Assembly: GCF_001194135.2 (NCBI RefSeq)
Contig: NC_068986.1
Coordinates: 59,649,220-59,713,219 of the forward strand
Reading direction: 5' to 3'
Length of the DNA: 64,000 nt
DNA from: Octopus bimaculoides
Lineage: Eukaryota
The position numbers and the translations under genes are program-made. A model generated the notes under the pieces. It saw only the letters and a list, made by a program, of their open reading frames with translations, had not been told where the DNA came from and did not search any database. Of the stretch, positions 26,257 through 39,978 are shown one piece after another (the first letter of the stretch is position 1; each line of letters opens with the position of its first letter).

Positions 26257-27045
26257 CTACCTCTTCTGGTCACAAAGAGCCTCTAACTCAGAGTGAAAGG
26301 TAGATTGTACGATGCATGTGTGCAAACTGCCATGCTTCACGGCAATGAAACATGGGATGAGGTGGTGAAGCATGACCTTCAAACGTTAGGCATCACAGAG
26401 GCAATGACAAAAGACTGAGACCTCTGGAGATATGCTGTGATTGAGAAGACCCAGCAAGGAAAGTAAGGTCATAGCCACAGCCTACACCAGAGTTGCATGA
26501 CCAGCTATTTAAAAAGTACCTTTGAATCGTTGGGCAACATTCCATGCTTGAGGAGACCTATTGAGTCAAGTAAATCAAAATCAAATCAAATTACAGTTAA
26601 ATGGAAATTGTACTTGTGGCCATTACCAGTGCTGGTGGCACATGATAAGCACCATTCACTCATGTGTGGGTCACTGCCAGAGCTGCCTAACTGGCTCACC
26701 GTACTTGTGGCACGTAAAAAGCACCATCCGAGTGTAGTTGATGCCAGCTCCCCCACCCCCCTGACTGGCGCCTGTTGTGGTGGTACGTAAAAAGCACCAT
26801 CTGAATGTGGCCAATGTCAGTGCTGCCTGACTGGCTCCCGTGCTGGTGGCACAGAAAAAGCACCCACTACACTCTCAGAGTGGTTGGCATCCAGCTGTAG
26901 AAACATTGGGAGGGCATCCAACTGTAGAAACATTGCCAGATCAGATTGGAGCCTGGTGTGGCCTCTTGGCTTGCCAGTCTCCATTCAAACCGTCCAACCC
27001 ATGCCAGCATGGAAAACAGACATTAAATGATGATGATGATGATGA
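26257..27045 (+). mobile_element. RTE LINE 3' fragment with internal deletion and repeat-containing 3' UTR
   Basis: VKGRLYDACVQTAMLHGNETW fused to DEVVKHDLQTLGITEAMTKD*DLWRYAV. The UTR has about four ~65-70 bp repeats and a (GAT)n tail. Confidence 0.8.
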
Positions 27046-27098
27046 TATATATATATATATATATATATATAAACACAGGAGTGACTGTGTGGTAAGAA

Positions 27099-27328
27099 GG
27101 CGGCGTGCTAGCAGAAACGTTAGCACGCCGGGTGAAAGGCTTAGCGGTATTTCATCTGCCGTGACGTTCTGAGTTCAAATTCCGCCGAGGTCGACTTTGC
27201 CTTTCATCCTTTCGCGGTCGATAAATTAAGTACCAGTTACGCACTGGGGGTCGATGTAATCGACTTAATCCCTTTGTCTGTCCTTGTTTGCCCCCTCTAT
27301 GTTTAGCCCCTTGTGGGCAGTAAGGAAA
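27099..27328 (+). mobile_element. Young SINE family A copy nested in a SINE B
   Basis: CpG-rich copy (gcagaaacgttagcacgccggg...gagttcaaattccgccgaggtcgactttgcctttcatcc) flanked by TAAGAA at 27093-27098 and 27329-27334. Confidence 0.88.
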
Positions 27329-28104
27329 TAAGAAGCTTGCTTCCCAACCACAGTCCCACTGCATGGCAACTTGGGCAAGTGTCTTCTACTACAGCCTTCG
27401 GCTGACCAAAGCCTTGTGAGTGGATTTGGTAGACAGAAACTGAAAGAAGCCCATTGTTTATATATACACATGTGTGTGTGTATTTGTGTGTCTGTCTTTG
27501 TCTCCCCACCATTGCTTGACAACTGATGTTGGTGTGTTTACGTCCTTGTAACTTAGTGGTTCAGCAAAAGAGACCGATAGAATAAGTAGTAAGCTTACAA
27601 AGAATAAGTCCTGGGGTCAATTTGTTCCACTAAAATGATTGAAAGAAATAAAAGTATATATATATATTATGTATGTGCTTACACATGTGTATATGCTTAA
27701 GAAGTTTACCTCCTGACCACAGGTTTTTGGGTTCAGTCCAACTGCATAGCAACTTAGGCAAAGGTCACCTACTATAGACCTGGACCAACCAAAGACTTGT
27801 GAGTGGATTTGGTGGATAGAAACTGAAAGAAGCCTATGTATGTATTCTAGTCTCAACATTGGATGGTACTTGTAAATGAGCCTCATCCTTTCATAAGTCT
27901 GATAATAGGGAAATTATACCTTACTTGGAAATAGGTGAGGGTTAGAGACCATAGAAAATCTACCTCAATGAATTTCATCTGATCCATACAACCATTGAAA
28001 ATAGATGTTAAAACGATGATATCTATCTTTCTATCTACACGTGCGCACACACACACATTAACGTATGTACACATATATGCATACTTATACATCATCATCA
28101 TCAT

Positions 28105-28520
28105 CATCATCGTTTAACGTCCGCTTTCCATGCTAGCATGGGTTGGACGATTTGACTGAGGACTGGTGAAACCGGATGGCAACACCAGGCTCCAGTCTGA
28201 TTTGGCAGAGTTTCTACAGCTGGATGCCCTTCCTAACGCCAACCACTCAGAGAGTGTAGTGGGTGCTTTTACGTGTCACCCGCACGAAAACGGCCACGCT
28301 CGAAATGGTGTCTTTTATGTGCCACCCGCACAAGCCAGTCCAGGGGCACTGGCAACGATCTCGCTCGAAAATCCTACAGGAGCCAGTCAGGCGGTACTGG
28401 CAACGGCCACGCTCAAAATGGTGCATCTCATGTGCCACCCGCACAAGAACCAGTCCAGGGGCACTGGCAACGATCTTACTTGGCTTGCCGGGTCTTCTCA
28501 CGCACAGCCCATTTCCAAAG
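28105..28520 (-). mobile_element. Young RTE 3' end with internal duplication
   Basis: (CAT)n then cgtttaacgtccgctttccatgctagcatggg; duplicated ~73-bp block at 28289 and 28402. Related copies near 32000, 35110, 35700 and 59290. Confidence 0.75.
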
Positions 28521-28951
28521 GTCTCGGATATGAAAATTATCCAGCTTATGTAACATATCAATAGTTGCTATGAGGGACAACTATTCAAATAATCAGGGAC
28601 AATTGATTGTTCTCCAGGGAATTGGGCCAGGGTGAATCATTTGCATTAATGCTAGCATACAGCTCAGAGTATTTTTATATATATAAAAAGTCAAACATTT
28701 TTCTCTCAATATTCCATTAGCATTTCTAATCATGGCTATACATCAGTCAATTTCATTGTTTCCCAATTTATTAATGAGAAATAGGTAACAGTTTCATTGA
28801 TATATTGCTCTGCACCCATATGTGTGTGTGTGTGTATATGTGAGAGAGAGAGAGAGAGAGAGCAAGAGAGGGAGTGTGTGAGTTTCTTTTTAAAGTATAT
28901 GGGAACATTATTTTTGTATATGATATAATAATAATATTTTTTTTTCTACTC

Positions 28952-29151
28952 TAGGCACAAAGCCCAAAATTTTTGGGAGAAGACCAGTCGATTAGATTGA
29001 CCTCAGTATGCAACTAGTACTTAATTTATCGACTCCGAAAGGATGAAAGCAAAGTTGAGCTTGGCGGAATTTGAATTCAGAACGTAAAGACAGGCGAAAT
29101 ACCACTAAGCATTTCGCCTGGCATGCTAACATTTCTGCCAGCTCGCTGCCT

Positions 29152-29152
<1 letters not shown>
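28952..29152 (-). mobile_element. SINE family A copy followed by (AAT)n
   Basis: Reverse complement of the consensus seen at 27099 and 58446. Confidence 0.85.
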
Positions 29153-29210
<58 letters not shown>

Positions 29211-30805
29211 TAATAATAATAATAATAAAAATAATATGATGATGATGATGATGATTAGGCTTCAATGCTGTTTCTTAGGATGACTCTGATCTGAACAAGC
29301 AGATCTATGACTATCCTGACTGTTTTTGTTTTGCTTTCTGTCCTATATTATTCATTATGAAGGCAGTTTAGTTTAGGATTGGTCTATTTTGACACATGAT
29401 GTTGTTTCTACATCTTTCTCACTGATGATTTCTCTCATCACTAATGATGACATTCCTAAAGCCATAACAATGATTAACAAACAATTTGAATGATGACTTG
29501 TTTTCAAGTGATGAAAATGTGCCAACTTGAACCATACATACTTTTGGACTTCATACAGTTGTTTCAAGGACAAGGAAACAGACAAAGGATGATAGGTATC
29601 AATATGTTGGCTCCAGTGAGCTGCCAGACACCTCTTATATATTGAGGTTCATCCTCTCAAGTCATTATTCCATGTTGGAATAATGCTCAAACCAAACCAC
29701 TTGGTCCACTATTGGCTAGGTAGAGACAAGTTTGCCACATTTTGCATGGAAACTTGGAATATGAAGCACTGGAATAAATACTGCGTTTTGTCAAATGATC
29801 TAAGAATTTTGCTAGTCCTCCAGTCTGCACTTTTATTTGATTTTATGGACTCTGAAAGGATGAAAAGTGATGTTTGACTTGGTGAGATTTGAACTCAGAA
29901 TGCAAAGTACCAGAACAAATATTGTAAGGGATTTTTTCCAAAGCTTTGATAATTCTATTAATGTAATTAGTATGTAATTAGAGAGATTTGCTTGTTATTT
30001 CTAACAGATCAAATGATCAAATAGAAGATCTTTTGTTGGCTGATTAATTATAACCATGATTGTGATTATGTGAACACTTTATAGAATTCATAGATAAGAA
30101 ACTGATTTCTCAACAGAGAAAAGTGTTCCAAGTACAGATATCTAAAAGTGCTTGAGATACTTTTTAATCTTATTACGTACATTGACTTGTCTACAAAGAA
30201 AAATCAAGTCATGCTTGAACTGCTGGAAATATGAATATGAAGCACTTGAATCTAAAGCTAACCTACATATTTTTATGTCTACTTACTCTTACAGAACAAT
30301 CAGTACTACAGACACATATTTTTGGACAGTGAGTGTCATTTAATAGTGTTTAACAGAGAAATTTTGCAGATGGGAATAATAGATAAAAAAAAGTAGATAT
30401 TAAAACTAAAATGAAAAATATTCTGAACAGAGTATGTTTCTGTTTGAAAATATCTTTAAAGTTATTCATTTTATGTTTTTGGGTGCCAACTTTGATCAGT
30501 TAAGTATTTTTCATATTTCATGTTATCATGGACTGGTTTTTAAATTGTATATAAATTGCTGAAGTTTATTTTCAGCAAAATGTCTTTCCAAACATTAAAC
30601 ACTCAATTAACAAATTGACCCCAGGACTTATTTTTTTAAAACCTGGTACTTAATCTATTGGTCTCTTTTGCTGAACCACTAAGTTATGGGAACATAAACA
30701 CACCAACATCGGTTGTCAAGCTATGGTGGGTGTACAAACACAGATACAAAGATACACACACATAAATATATAGACACACATAGGTACAGAGAGAGAGAGA
30801 GAGAA

Positions 30806-30845
<40 letters not shown>

Positions 30846-30897
30846 GGACAGATGGACGGACAGACGGACGGACAGACGGACGGACAGACGGACAGAT

Positions 30898-30930
<33 letters not shown>

Positions 30931-31284
30931 AGCAGACAGATAGATAGATAATGGGATTCTTCCTGTTTCTGTTTACCAAATCTACTCACAAGGCTTTGGG
31001 CTGGCCTGAAGAAATAGAAGAACACTTGCCCAAGGTGCCATGCAAGGGGACTGAACATAAAACCATGTGGTTGGGAAGCAAGCCCCTCACCACACAGCCA
31101 TACCTGCATCTATGTGTGGTACATTATGTGTACATTATCTACAGCCAACATTTATATATAAATTTTAAAAAAGGCTGATCCCACTGTAAGGTACTTTGAG
31201 TAAGTGTTCTCTCATAGCCTCAGGTTACTCAGCTGTTTGTGAGACAAATTTATTTGTTTGATAGAAATTTTACAGAAGCCTGGT

Positions 31285-31330
<46 letters not shown>

Positions 31331-31747
31331 CATACACATATATGTGTTTGTCTCTAAAATTTAGGTAGCTGGGTGATTTGACATATGAAACACCAGTAGA
31401 ATAAAGGTCCTTACTTGTAAACAAGTAAGGATTGGTATCAGAAAGGCTATCTGGCCTAGAATATTGCCTCAAGAAGCCTCACCCAATTCCTGGCAACATT
31501 GAAAAAGGTATTTTTGTTGATGTATACATATTAAAAGTATTACATGTATACATATGAAAATGAATGCAATAAGAAACTTCCCATGAGATTTGCATAAAAA
31601 GGTTACAACAAATCAATCAATTTGGAGTGAATATTAATGAGTTAAAATTGTATGTTTCTAATCAAATCTAATTGCACCCACTTGACCTGTTAAAAGTAGC
31701 AGCAAAGTTTCTAGGTAGGATTCAAATTTATTATTATTTTATGTTTA

Positions 31748-31790
<43 letters not shown>

Positions 31791-34700
31791 TAAAATATTT
31801 CTCTGAACATCCAAATAACAAAGGTTTTGGGAATCCGTTGCTTGTCAGCTTAGAAAAAAAAATTATTAAAAATGAAAATATAGAACAAGTGTTCTCAAAG
31901 CAACATATATCAGAAATTTTCTGTGATTTGTGGTATCATTGTAATTTAATGTTCATGTTCTATGCTCGCATGGGCTGGAAGCTTTGAAAAAGATCCAATG
32001 ACTTCAAGGACTGCACTGTGCTCCAATGTCTGTTTTGGCATAGTTTCTACAGCTAGATGCCCTTCCCAATGCCAATAACTTTACAGTGTGTACTAGGTGC
32101 TTTTTTTCTGAGCACTGGCATTCTTGAAGTCACCATGTAGCTCGCAGGGAGGGTGTATGTTGCATCCGTATGTTAGATGGAGGTTAAGGTTTGAGAGAAG
32201 AAGTTTGAGTAGAACAGGTTCTTGTTGTAGAGCAATAAATAGCTACTCACATTTAGGAGAGAGTGTGAGAAGGAATTAGGAGTATCTCCAAGGTATTCCG
32301 TTCAGGAAGGTGTCTTCCTCTCAGTTACTCAAGCACCATGGATAAGCTCTGATCTAATGGATTCACAGACTAGAAACATACTTTACAACCTGAGTTCAAA
32401 CTAGCTGAGATCGACTTTGCTTTTCATCATTCTGGGTTCCATAAAATAAAGTGCTTGATATGTAACAAGGTTGATATAATATTCAACTATTCTGCTTCCC
32501 CCAAATATCTGGCCTTGTGTCTATGTTTGAAATTATATTCAGTTATATCATTAGCAATGTAACCTATTTGTATAAGGCATTATGTTTTGATGAATAAAGT
32601 TTTTGAAACATGTTGTTCCTACATTGAACTCTTTTGATACTAACCAGCCTGAGATTTCCCTAGTTGGGTCTTACAAACTGTTCTAAACCTTCACAAAAAA
32701 ATTTCACGTTCCAAACACCAAGGAGTGGCTGCATGGTAAGTAGCTTGCTTACCAACCGCATAGTTCAGGGTTCAGTCCCACTGCGTGGCACCTTGGGCAA
32801 GTGTCTTCTGTTATAGCCTTGGGCCAACCAAAACCTTGTGAGTGGATTTGGTAGACGGAAACTGAAAGAAGCCTGTCGTATATATGTATATATATATATA
32901 TATATNNNNNNNNNNNNNNNNNNNNNNNNNNNNNNNNNNNNNNNNNNNNNNNNNNNNNNNNNNNNNNNNNNNNNNNNNNNNNNNNNNNNNNNNNNNNNNN
33001 NNNNNNNNNNNNNNNNNNNNNNNNNNNNNNNNNNNNNNNNNNNNNNNNNNNNNNNNNNNNNNNNNNNNNNNNNNNNNNNNNNNNNNNNNNNNNNNNNNNN
33101 NNNNNNNNNNNNNNNNNNNNNNNNNNNNNNNNNNNNNNNNNNNNNNNNNNNNNNNNNNNNNNNNNNNNNNNNNNNNNNNNNNNNNNNNNNNNNNNNNNNN
33201 NNNNNNNNNNNNNNNNNNNNNNNNNNNNNNNNNNNNNNNNNNNNNNNNNNNNNNNNNNNNNNNNNNNNNNNNNNNNNNNNNNNNNNNNNNNNNNNNNNNN
33301 NNNNNNNNNNNNNNNNNNNNNNNNNNNNNNNNNNNNNNNNNNNNNNNNNNNNNNNNNNNNNNNNNNNNNNNNNNNNNNNNNNNNNNNNNNNNNNNNNNNN
33401 NNNNNNNNNNNNNNNNNNNNNNNNNNNNNNNNNNNNNNNNNNNNNNNNNNNNNNNNNNNNNNNNNNNNNNNNNNNNNNNNNNNNNNNNNNNNNNNNNNNN
33501 NNNNNNNNNNNNNNNNNNNNNNNNNNNNNNNNNNNNNNNNNNNNNNNNNNNNNNGACTTTTACAAATTACAGACCATCAATTGGGATATCGAAGAGTTTT
33601 ATTGAAAGGTGTCCATGGATTGAAAACTGAATATGCTCACATGTTTTGAAGACCACAAAGGTAGAGAAAAGGACATACTAGTGTCATTCACATAAACACA
33701 CACACACTTATGTAACAAGAAAAGCATGAAAGTATATAACATGTTATCACCTGGAATGGAACACAAAGAAATCCAGAAAAAAATAAACTTTTGTGATATA
33801 GCAGTGCTAACAACAATACTGTTTTTTCAATCACACAAAAGCTTTAAATTTATATCAGTTAGATCTCTTTGATTAATTATACCTCAGAACATAATGCGCA
33901 TATTTTGAAGAGTATGGAGGCAAAGTCAAATGAAGCAGGATTTTAAGTGAGAATACAGAAGAATGAATTAGGCATTGATATTTTCTCAGTCCAAATCTGA
34001 GTTACTTGAAGACACAATAAAAAGCTTTTAAGTAAGCATAAAGATATCCAACTTGCCAGTGAACAATCGGAAAAAAAAAAAATAATAATACATAAATAAT
34101 TTGCTAAGTTTAGATGAATAGCTATTGTTGTTTACCTGAAGATATATACAAACCTGATAATTATGTAAACAATCACCTTCCATAAAAATCAGGACAGAAA
34201 GAGGTAAAATTATGCTAGAGAGTTACCAAAGCAAAAGTAAACAAATAAATCGGTGAAGTGAAGCAAATATAAAAAAAAGGAAAAAAATAGGTGTACTCAA
34301 AGGAATTATAAGTATTTGTGCATGTATATATTTATGCCTACACATTAATTTAAATGCAAGGTTTTTATCATTTGGATAATTACACTCTTCCAGGCTAATA
34401 TATATATACACACACAGACACACACACACACATACATACATACATACGTGTCTTGAAGAGTATAATTATCAAAATGATAAAAACATGTCTGTGTTTATGT
34501 CTGTCTACACACATTATGTATGCCTGTGTGTGTGTGTATACAACTTTTCCATGAAAAATCACGCACACACATACCTACATACATGAATATATAAAGTTAC
34601 CTGCAGGTAATTATTAGCATATGTGTATGTGTGTTTATTGTGTTCTATGACTCCTGTTTATTCTACTAAACCAATATACATATTTATATATATTTATATG

Positions 34701-35073
34701 CAGTTAAGTAACCAATGGTTTTGCATCCATAAAGTGGTTAGCCCCATGGACAATTCATCAGACTCTAAAGCCAACTTTTATATATATGTACAGACACACA
34801 TATATAAACATACATATACATATATAAACATACATATACATATATAAACATATACATATACATATATAAACATTATCTTCGAAACGTCAGGTTAGAATAG
34901 AGACAGCTGATGAAGGAATATTCCAAGTGGCTTTCCGTTTTCCTATGTGTTCGTTCCGTTGTCTGTAGTTCATTGTTCTAACGTCCTGTACCCTGATATG
35001 CCTATATATACACATGTAGATGTAAGTATGTACATATATGTGTGTATACATGTATATATATTCTTTGTATTAT

Positions 35074-35110
<37 letters not shown>

Positions 35111-38100
35111 TCATTTAATGTCCGCTTTCCATGCTAGTATGGTTTGGACGATTTGACTGGCGACTGACTAACCAGATGGCTACACCAGACTCCAATCTGA
35201 TTTGGCAGAGTTTCTACAGCTGGATGCCCTTCCTAATGCCAACCACTCTGAGAGTGTGGTGGGTGCTTTTTATGTGCCACTGACATGAGAGCTAGTCCGG
35301 CGGTACTGGCAACACCCACGCTCAAATGGTGTTTTTTTACGTGCCACCTGCACAGGAGTCAGTTCAATGTTTTGTTCACATGCCACATGTTTACAAAAAA
35401 CAAGTTTACAAAAAACAAAAGATGAAGACAGGTGAGGGAACAAGCAGGTGTGTGTGTGTGTGTGTGTGTGTGCATGTGTATACACACACATACATATATG
35501 CATTCCCACTCTCTCTTCTATGATGTGAGTAGCCAAGTAACTTTTCTATACCAAGCAGCCTGTTCCATTCTGGCCCCTTCTTTCTCAGACTAAACCCTCA
35601 TCTTATAACATAGAGTCACTCCTTCTCTACTGTCAGAATGGATCTTTAGCCTTGCAGGCTGCATACCAACCTCACTAGTAATGGTGTCATGAAAAAGCAT
35701 CCTGTACACTCTGTAAAGTGGCTGGTGTTAGGAAGAGCATCCAGCTATAAAAGCAGACACTGGAGCTTGATGCAGTGTTTGGACTCAATCGACTGTGTCA
35801 AACAATCCAACTCATGCCAGCATGGAACAAAGGCTTTACGTGTTGATGATATATAAACTAACACCACAAATTCAACCTTGACCACTTACATCTTAACCAG
35901 AACTTGCATCACAATTTCAACTTAAAATTGTCTCAAGACAGTTGTCATATGGAGCAATTGTGCAGAGGTTTATTATCTGGGGTTGGGATGGAGGAAGTTG
36001 ACTGGTGGTGGTGGGGGTGGTGCAGAATCGGTTGCCTCAGAACCATAGAGTTTATGCATGAGTTGGCTTGTGTATGTATGTCTATTATTTACTTTATAGA
36101 CACCAAAGCATCTCAGTGAAAAGAATAAAGAGATGAATAATGCTAAGAAATATCATATACACATAGCTGATAGAATGCCTAACTTTCCACTGATCAATCA
36201 CAATATATATGTGTGTGTTGATTATTTAAGTTAATTAGTTTCTTATAAAAAACAAACAAACAGAAGTTTGGTAACAACCCACTATTCCTTCTAGTAGGGA
36301 CAATAGATAGACAGGTAGTTATATAAAGAGAGACAGAGTATGTTAGTGCCTTATATGACAACGTTTATAAAGTAGATAAATATTTTAGTATGTTGCAAAT
36401 ATTTTAGTATGTTTTGCAAACTTGAATGAATTACAGGTAAAGAAAAATACATTGACAAGAAAGAAAAGTTTCTCCAAGACAATAAGGTATGATTAAAAGT
36501 TTTTCTTTAATAAAGAAAACTTCCAAGCATGAACAGATGATTATAAAGAGAAGAAAAGAAAAAAAATGACCTTAAGGTTTTACTTCTTACCTGAAGACAA
36601 ATGTAATTCCCAGTGGCTAGCATCTATTCTTCAGAAAGTATGAAGCCACTAATGTAAAGAGTTTGTAACATGAGTTCATCATATGTCTTCCCTTAGATAG
36701 ACGTTGAACTTATAGTGGATAATAAAGTTTACGAAGTATAGACAGATGTGTGTGTGTGTATATAGAAGAGTGACTGTGAGAGTATATATATATATATATA
36801 TATAGGAAGAGTGACTGTGAGAGTAAGAATGAGTGAGAGAGAAAGTTTATGAGAGTTTACTCACTAAAGTATAAAAGTATTTCAAGTCACAGGAGATAAA
36901 ACAGATGATGTAAGGAAAGAATTTTATTGTATGGTTTTAAAGTGGGTCAATCAGGTCAGGCAGAAAAACTATAAACTGATGAGATTCATATAGATATGTG
37001 TGTGCATATGTATACACACACACACACACACCTATACACACAGACACACACCCGCGCACACAGACCAGTTTCCCTGTGTCCTTTCATGTATTTATTTAGT
37101 TTTCTTTAACTTCTTTATTTATTTCTCTTACAATACCTCTCACCCACACCTTTCTTCTGTCTGCCTTTTCACCCTCTAACTTTCTTCTCGTTCTTTACTC
37201 TCTACCCTCTTTCTTTCTACCTCCTGCTCTGTCAATGATTTCCACTCCACCCACCTGCCCACTCTCTCTTTCTCCCTCATACCTATTACATTGTCAGTCA
37301 ATTTTCATTCTCAATGATATTCAAAAAATGCACAGCACACACCCTGCTGATAATACAAACAAATATATAAATAAATAAATGCCAATATTTGCACATTCTA
37401 TAGTGATCTGAGTGAAATTGTGAATGGAGTTCCCAGTAGTCATGTATGAATGTCACCTCTCTACTTGTTTTCATGTTCTTAAATTTTAGTACTTTCAGCT
37501 CATTATCTAATTTCTATTATTATTACTATTGAAGGTGGTGAGCTGGCAGAATTGTTAGAGTATTAGAAAATATACCTTGCAACATTTGTTCAATCTCTTT
37601 ATGTTCTGAGTTCAAATCCTACTGAGGTCAACTTTGCCTTTCAGTCTTTCATGCCAATAAAATACCACGTAAGTACTGGGATTAATGGCATTGACAACTG
37701 CTCTCCCATCAGAATTGTAGGCCTTGTGCCTAAATTACAAATCATTATTTATTACCACTAAGTTTCTAACATAATTATTTCTAACATAAACATAAGGCCA
37801 GAAATTTTGTGGGTGGGAACAGCTGATTATATTGACCCCCTCCCCCAATACTTGACTGGTACTTTATTTTACTGTCCCAGATGGATGAAAAGTAAAGTTG
37901 ACCTTGAGTGTCAATAAATTAAAGTTGTGGTCAGGTACTAGAGTCAATTTGAATTCATGGCCTCATAGAAACAATTAAGGGCAGTGGATGGTAGAAGTCG
38001 AAGAGCTTAAAAGAAAATGAATAAAAAAATAAATGCCAACAGCAATTAGTTATGTTCTATTACCTTCTGAGTTCAAATTCTGTCAAGGTCAGTTTTACTT

Positions 38101-39541
38101 TTCATCCACCTGGGTTCACTAAAACATCTTTCCATGAACCTAGTGCAATTTCATTGACTGCCTTTGCTCTAAAATTTACGAGTGCTTTCTCTATGTTAGA
38201 AAATATGTTAGAAAATAGAGCTGGTTAGCACCCAAGCGGTCAGCTGGCACCAAGGCAGTCATAGCTGTGATGTAGTTGACTGGCACAGAGGTTATTGATT
38301 GGCTGCAAGGTGGCTGACTGGAACTGAAGTAGCTGATTAGTACCAAAGCAGTCAGTTGGTACGATGGCACTAAAATGGTACTGAGGTGGTTGATTAGCAG
38401 AATTACAAGAGCATCAAGTAAATGCCTGGTGGCATTTATTCCACTTTTTAACATTCTGAGTTCAAATCCTGCCAAAGTCATTTTTGCTTTTCCTTGTTAC
38501 AGAATCAATAAAGTGCCAGTTAAGTACTGGAATTGATCCTTCTCTTCCTCTTAACATCAGCTGGATATTGTCATTCAAATGAAGTGAGATTTTCAGTTAG
38601 GGGTTAACAGTCTCTTTTCATAAAAAACACTTTTCAGCAGAAACTGTCCAAAGAAACCAAAGAAAACCTTTGCAGTCTAGAGGTAGATATGACAGGTGTG
38701 GATTGTAGTGATGTGCAGTGAGTTAAGAATTAGTGTAGAGTGGCAGAATTGTTGGAATGTTGTGATATTTAGTCATATCTTTTTACCTAAGTGTTCAAAT
38801 CTTGCTTAGGTCAATTCTGCCTTTCATTTACAAAATAAAGTTGAAAAAGTGAAGGACCAGTCAAGTACAGGGGTCATTTCAATCAACTAACCCACTTTCA
38901 CAAATTTCAGGCCTTCTGCCTAATTTAGAAATAATTATTAAGAACAGTAGATCACAGATTTGGTAAAGCATCAACCAAAGTGATGGTAATATTTCATTAG
39001 TTCAGTTAATGTTCTTAGTTCAAATCCTACCCATGTGGATATTTGTTGTCTTTCATCCTCCTAGAGTTGATAAAATGAAGTATCAGTCATGTACTGGTGT
39101 TGCACAAGTGGTTTGGTAGAATCATTAGAACACTGGACAGAATACTCTGCAGTAATTAGTTCCAGTCTTTACATTTTAAGTTCAAATTCCACAGAGGTCA
39201 ACTTTGCCTTTCATCTTTTTGGGTCAATGAAATAAGTACCAGTTATGCACTGAGGTTAATGTAATCAACTGGCTTCCTCCCTCAAAATTTCAGGCCTTGT
39301 GCCTATAGTAGAAAGGATTATTATTATTATTGTTGTTGGAAGGTGGTGAGCTGGCAAATGCTTAGTGGCATTTTGTCTGTCTGTATGCTCTGAGTTCAAA
39401 TGCTGTCAAGGTTGACTTTGCCTTTCATTCTTTCAATCAATGAAATAAATGCCAGCTGAGCACTGGGGTTGATGTAATTGACTTAACCCATCCCCTGAAC
39501 TTGCTGGTCAAAATTTGAAAGTATTATCATCATCATCATCA

Positions 39542-39587
<46 letters not shown>

Positions 39588-39590
<3 letters not shown>

Positions 39591-39846
39591 AGAATAAAAA
39601 GTTTTGAATGGTATAACAATGCACCATAATACAAAAATGGACTATATACCTGTTGTAATTTAGTTATCCATAGCCCTATGATATTTCAGAATACAATTCC
39701 TTCTTCAGATATATCTGAAGAATATCTGAAGAAGGAATTGTATTCTGAAATATCATAGGACTATGGATAACTAAATTACAACAGGTATATAGTCCATTTT
39801 TGTATTATAGTGCATTATTGTACCATTCAAAACATTTTATTCTTTA
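39588..39846. repeat. 259-bp near-perfect palindrome (fold-back)
   Basis: Arms 39588-39712 and 39722-39846 with 5 mismatches; 11-bp duplication atatctgaaga at the centre. Confidence 0.95.
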
Positions 39847-39885
39847 CAAACAATACACAATGCTTCAAGCGAACTACAACACTTT

Positions 39886-39886
39886 C

Positions 39887-39962
<76 letters not shown>

Positions 39963-39978
39963 ATTATTATTATTATGA
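39886..39978. repeat. Compound (TAT)n(TGT)n(TAT)n microsatellite, representative of dozens of (TG), (TA), (GA), (TAT), (CTAT) and (GACA) tracts
   Basis: Seen directly; most N-gaps abut such tracts. Confidence 0.95.

Noticed and set aside
28247-28480. Repeat-spacer-like pattern resembling a CRISPR array
   Set aside because: It is a two-unit duplication inside a eukaryotic RTE 3' UTR, with no cas genes or unique spacers.
29373-29585. 70-aa protein-like ORF on the gene strand
   Set aside because: No strong splice donor and no recognisable domain.
34597-34610. 14-bp palindrome ttacctgcaggtaa with donor-like sites on both strands
   Set aside because: Short, plausible by chance, and in the wrong phase for exon D.
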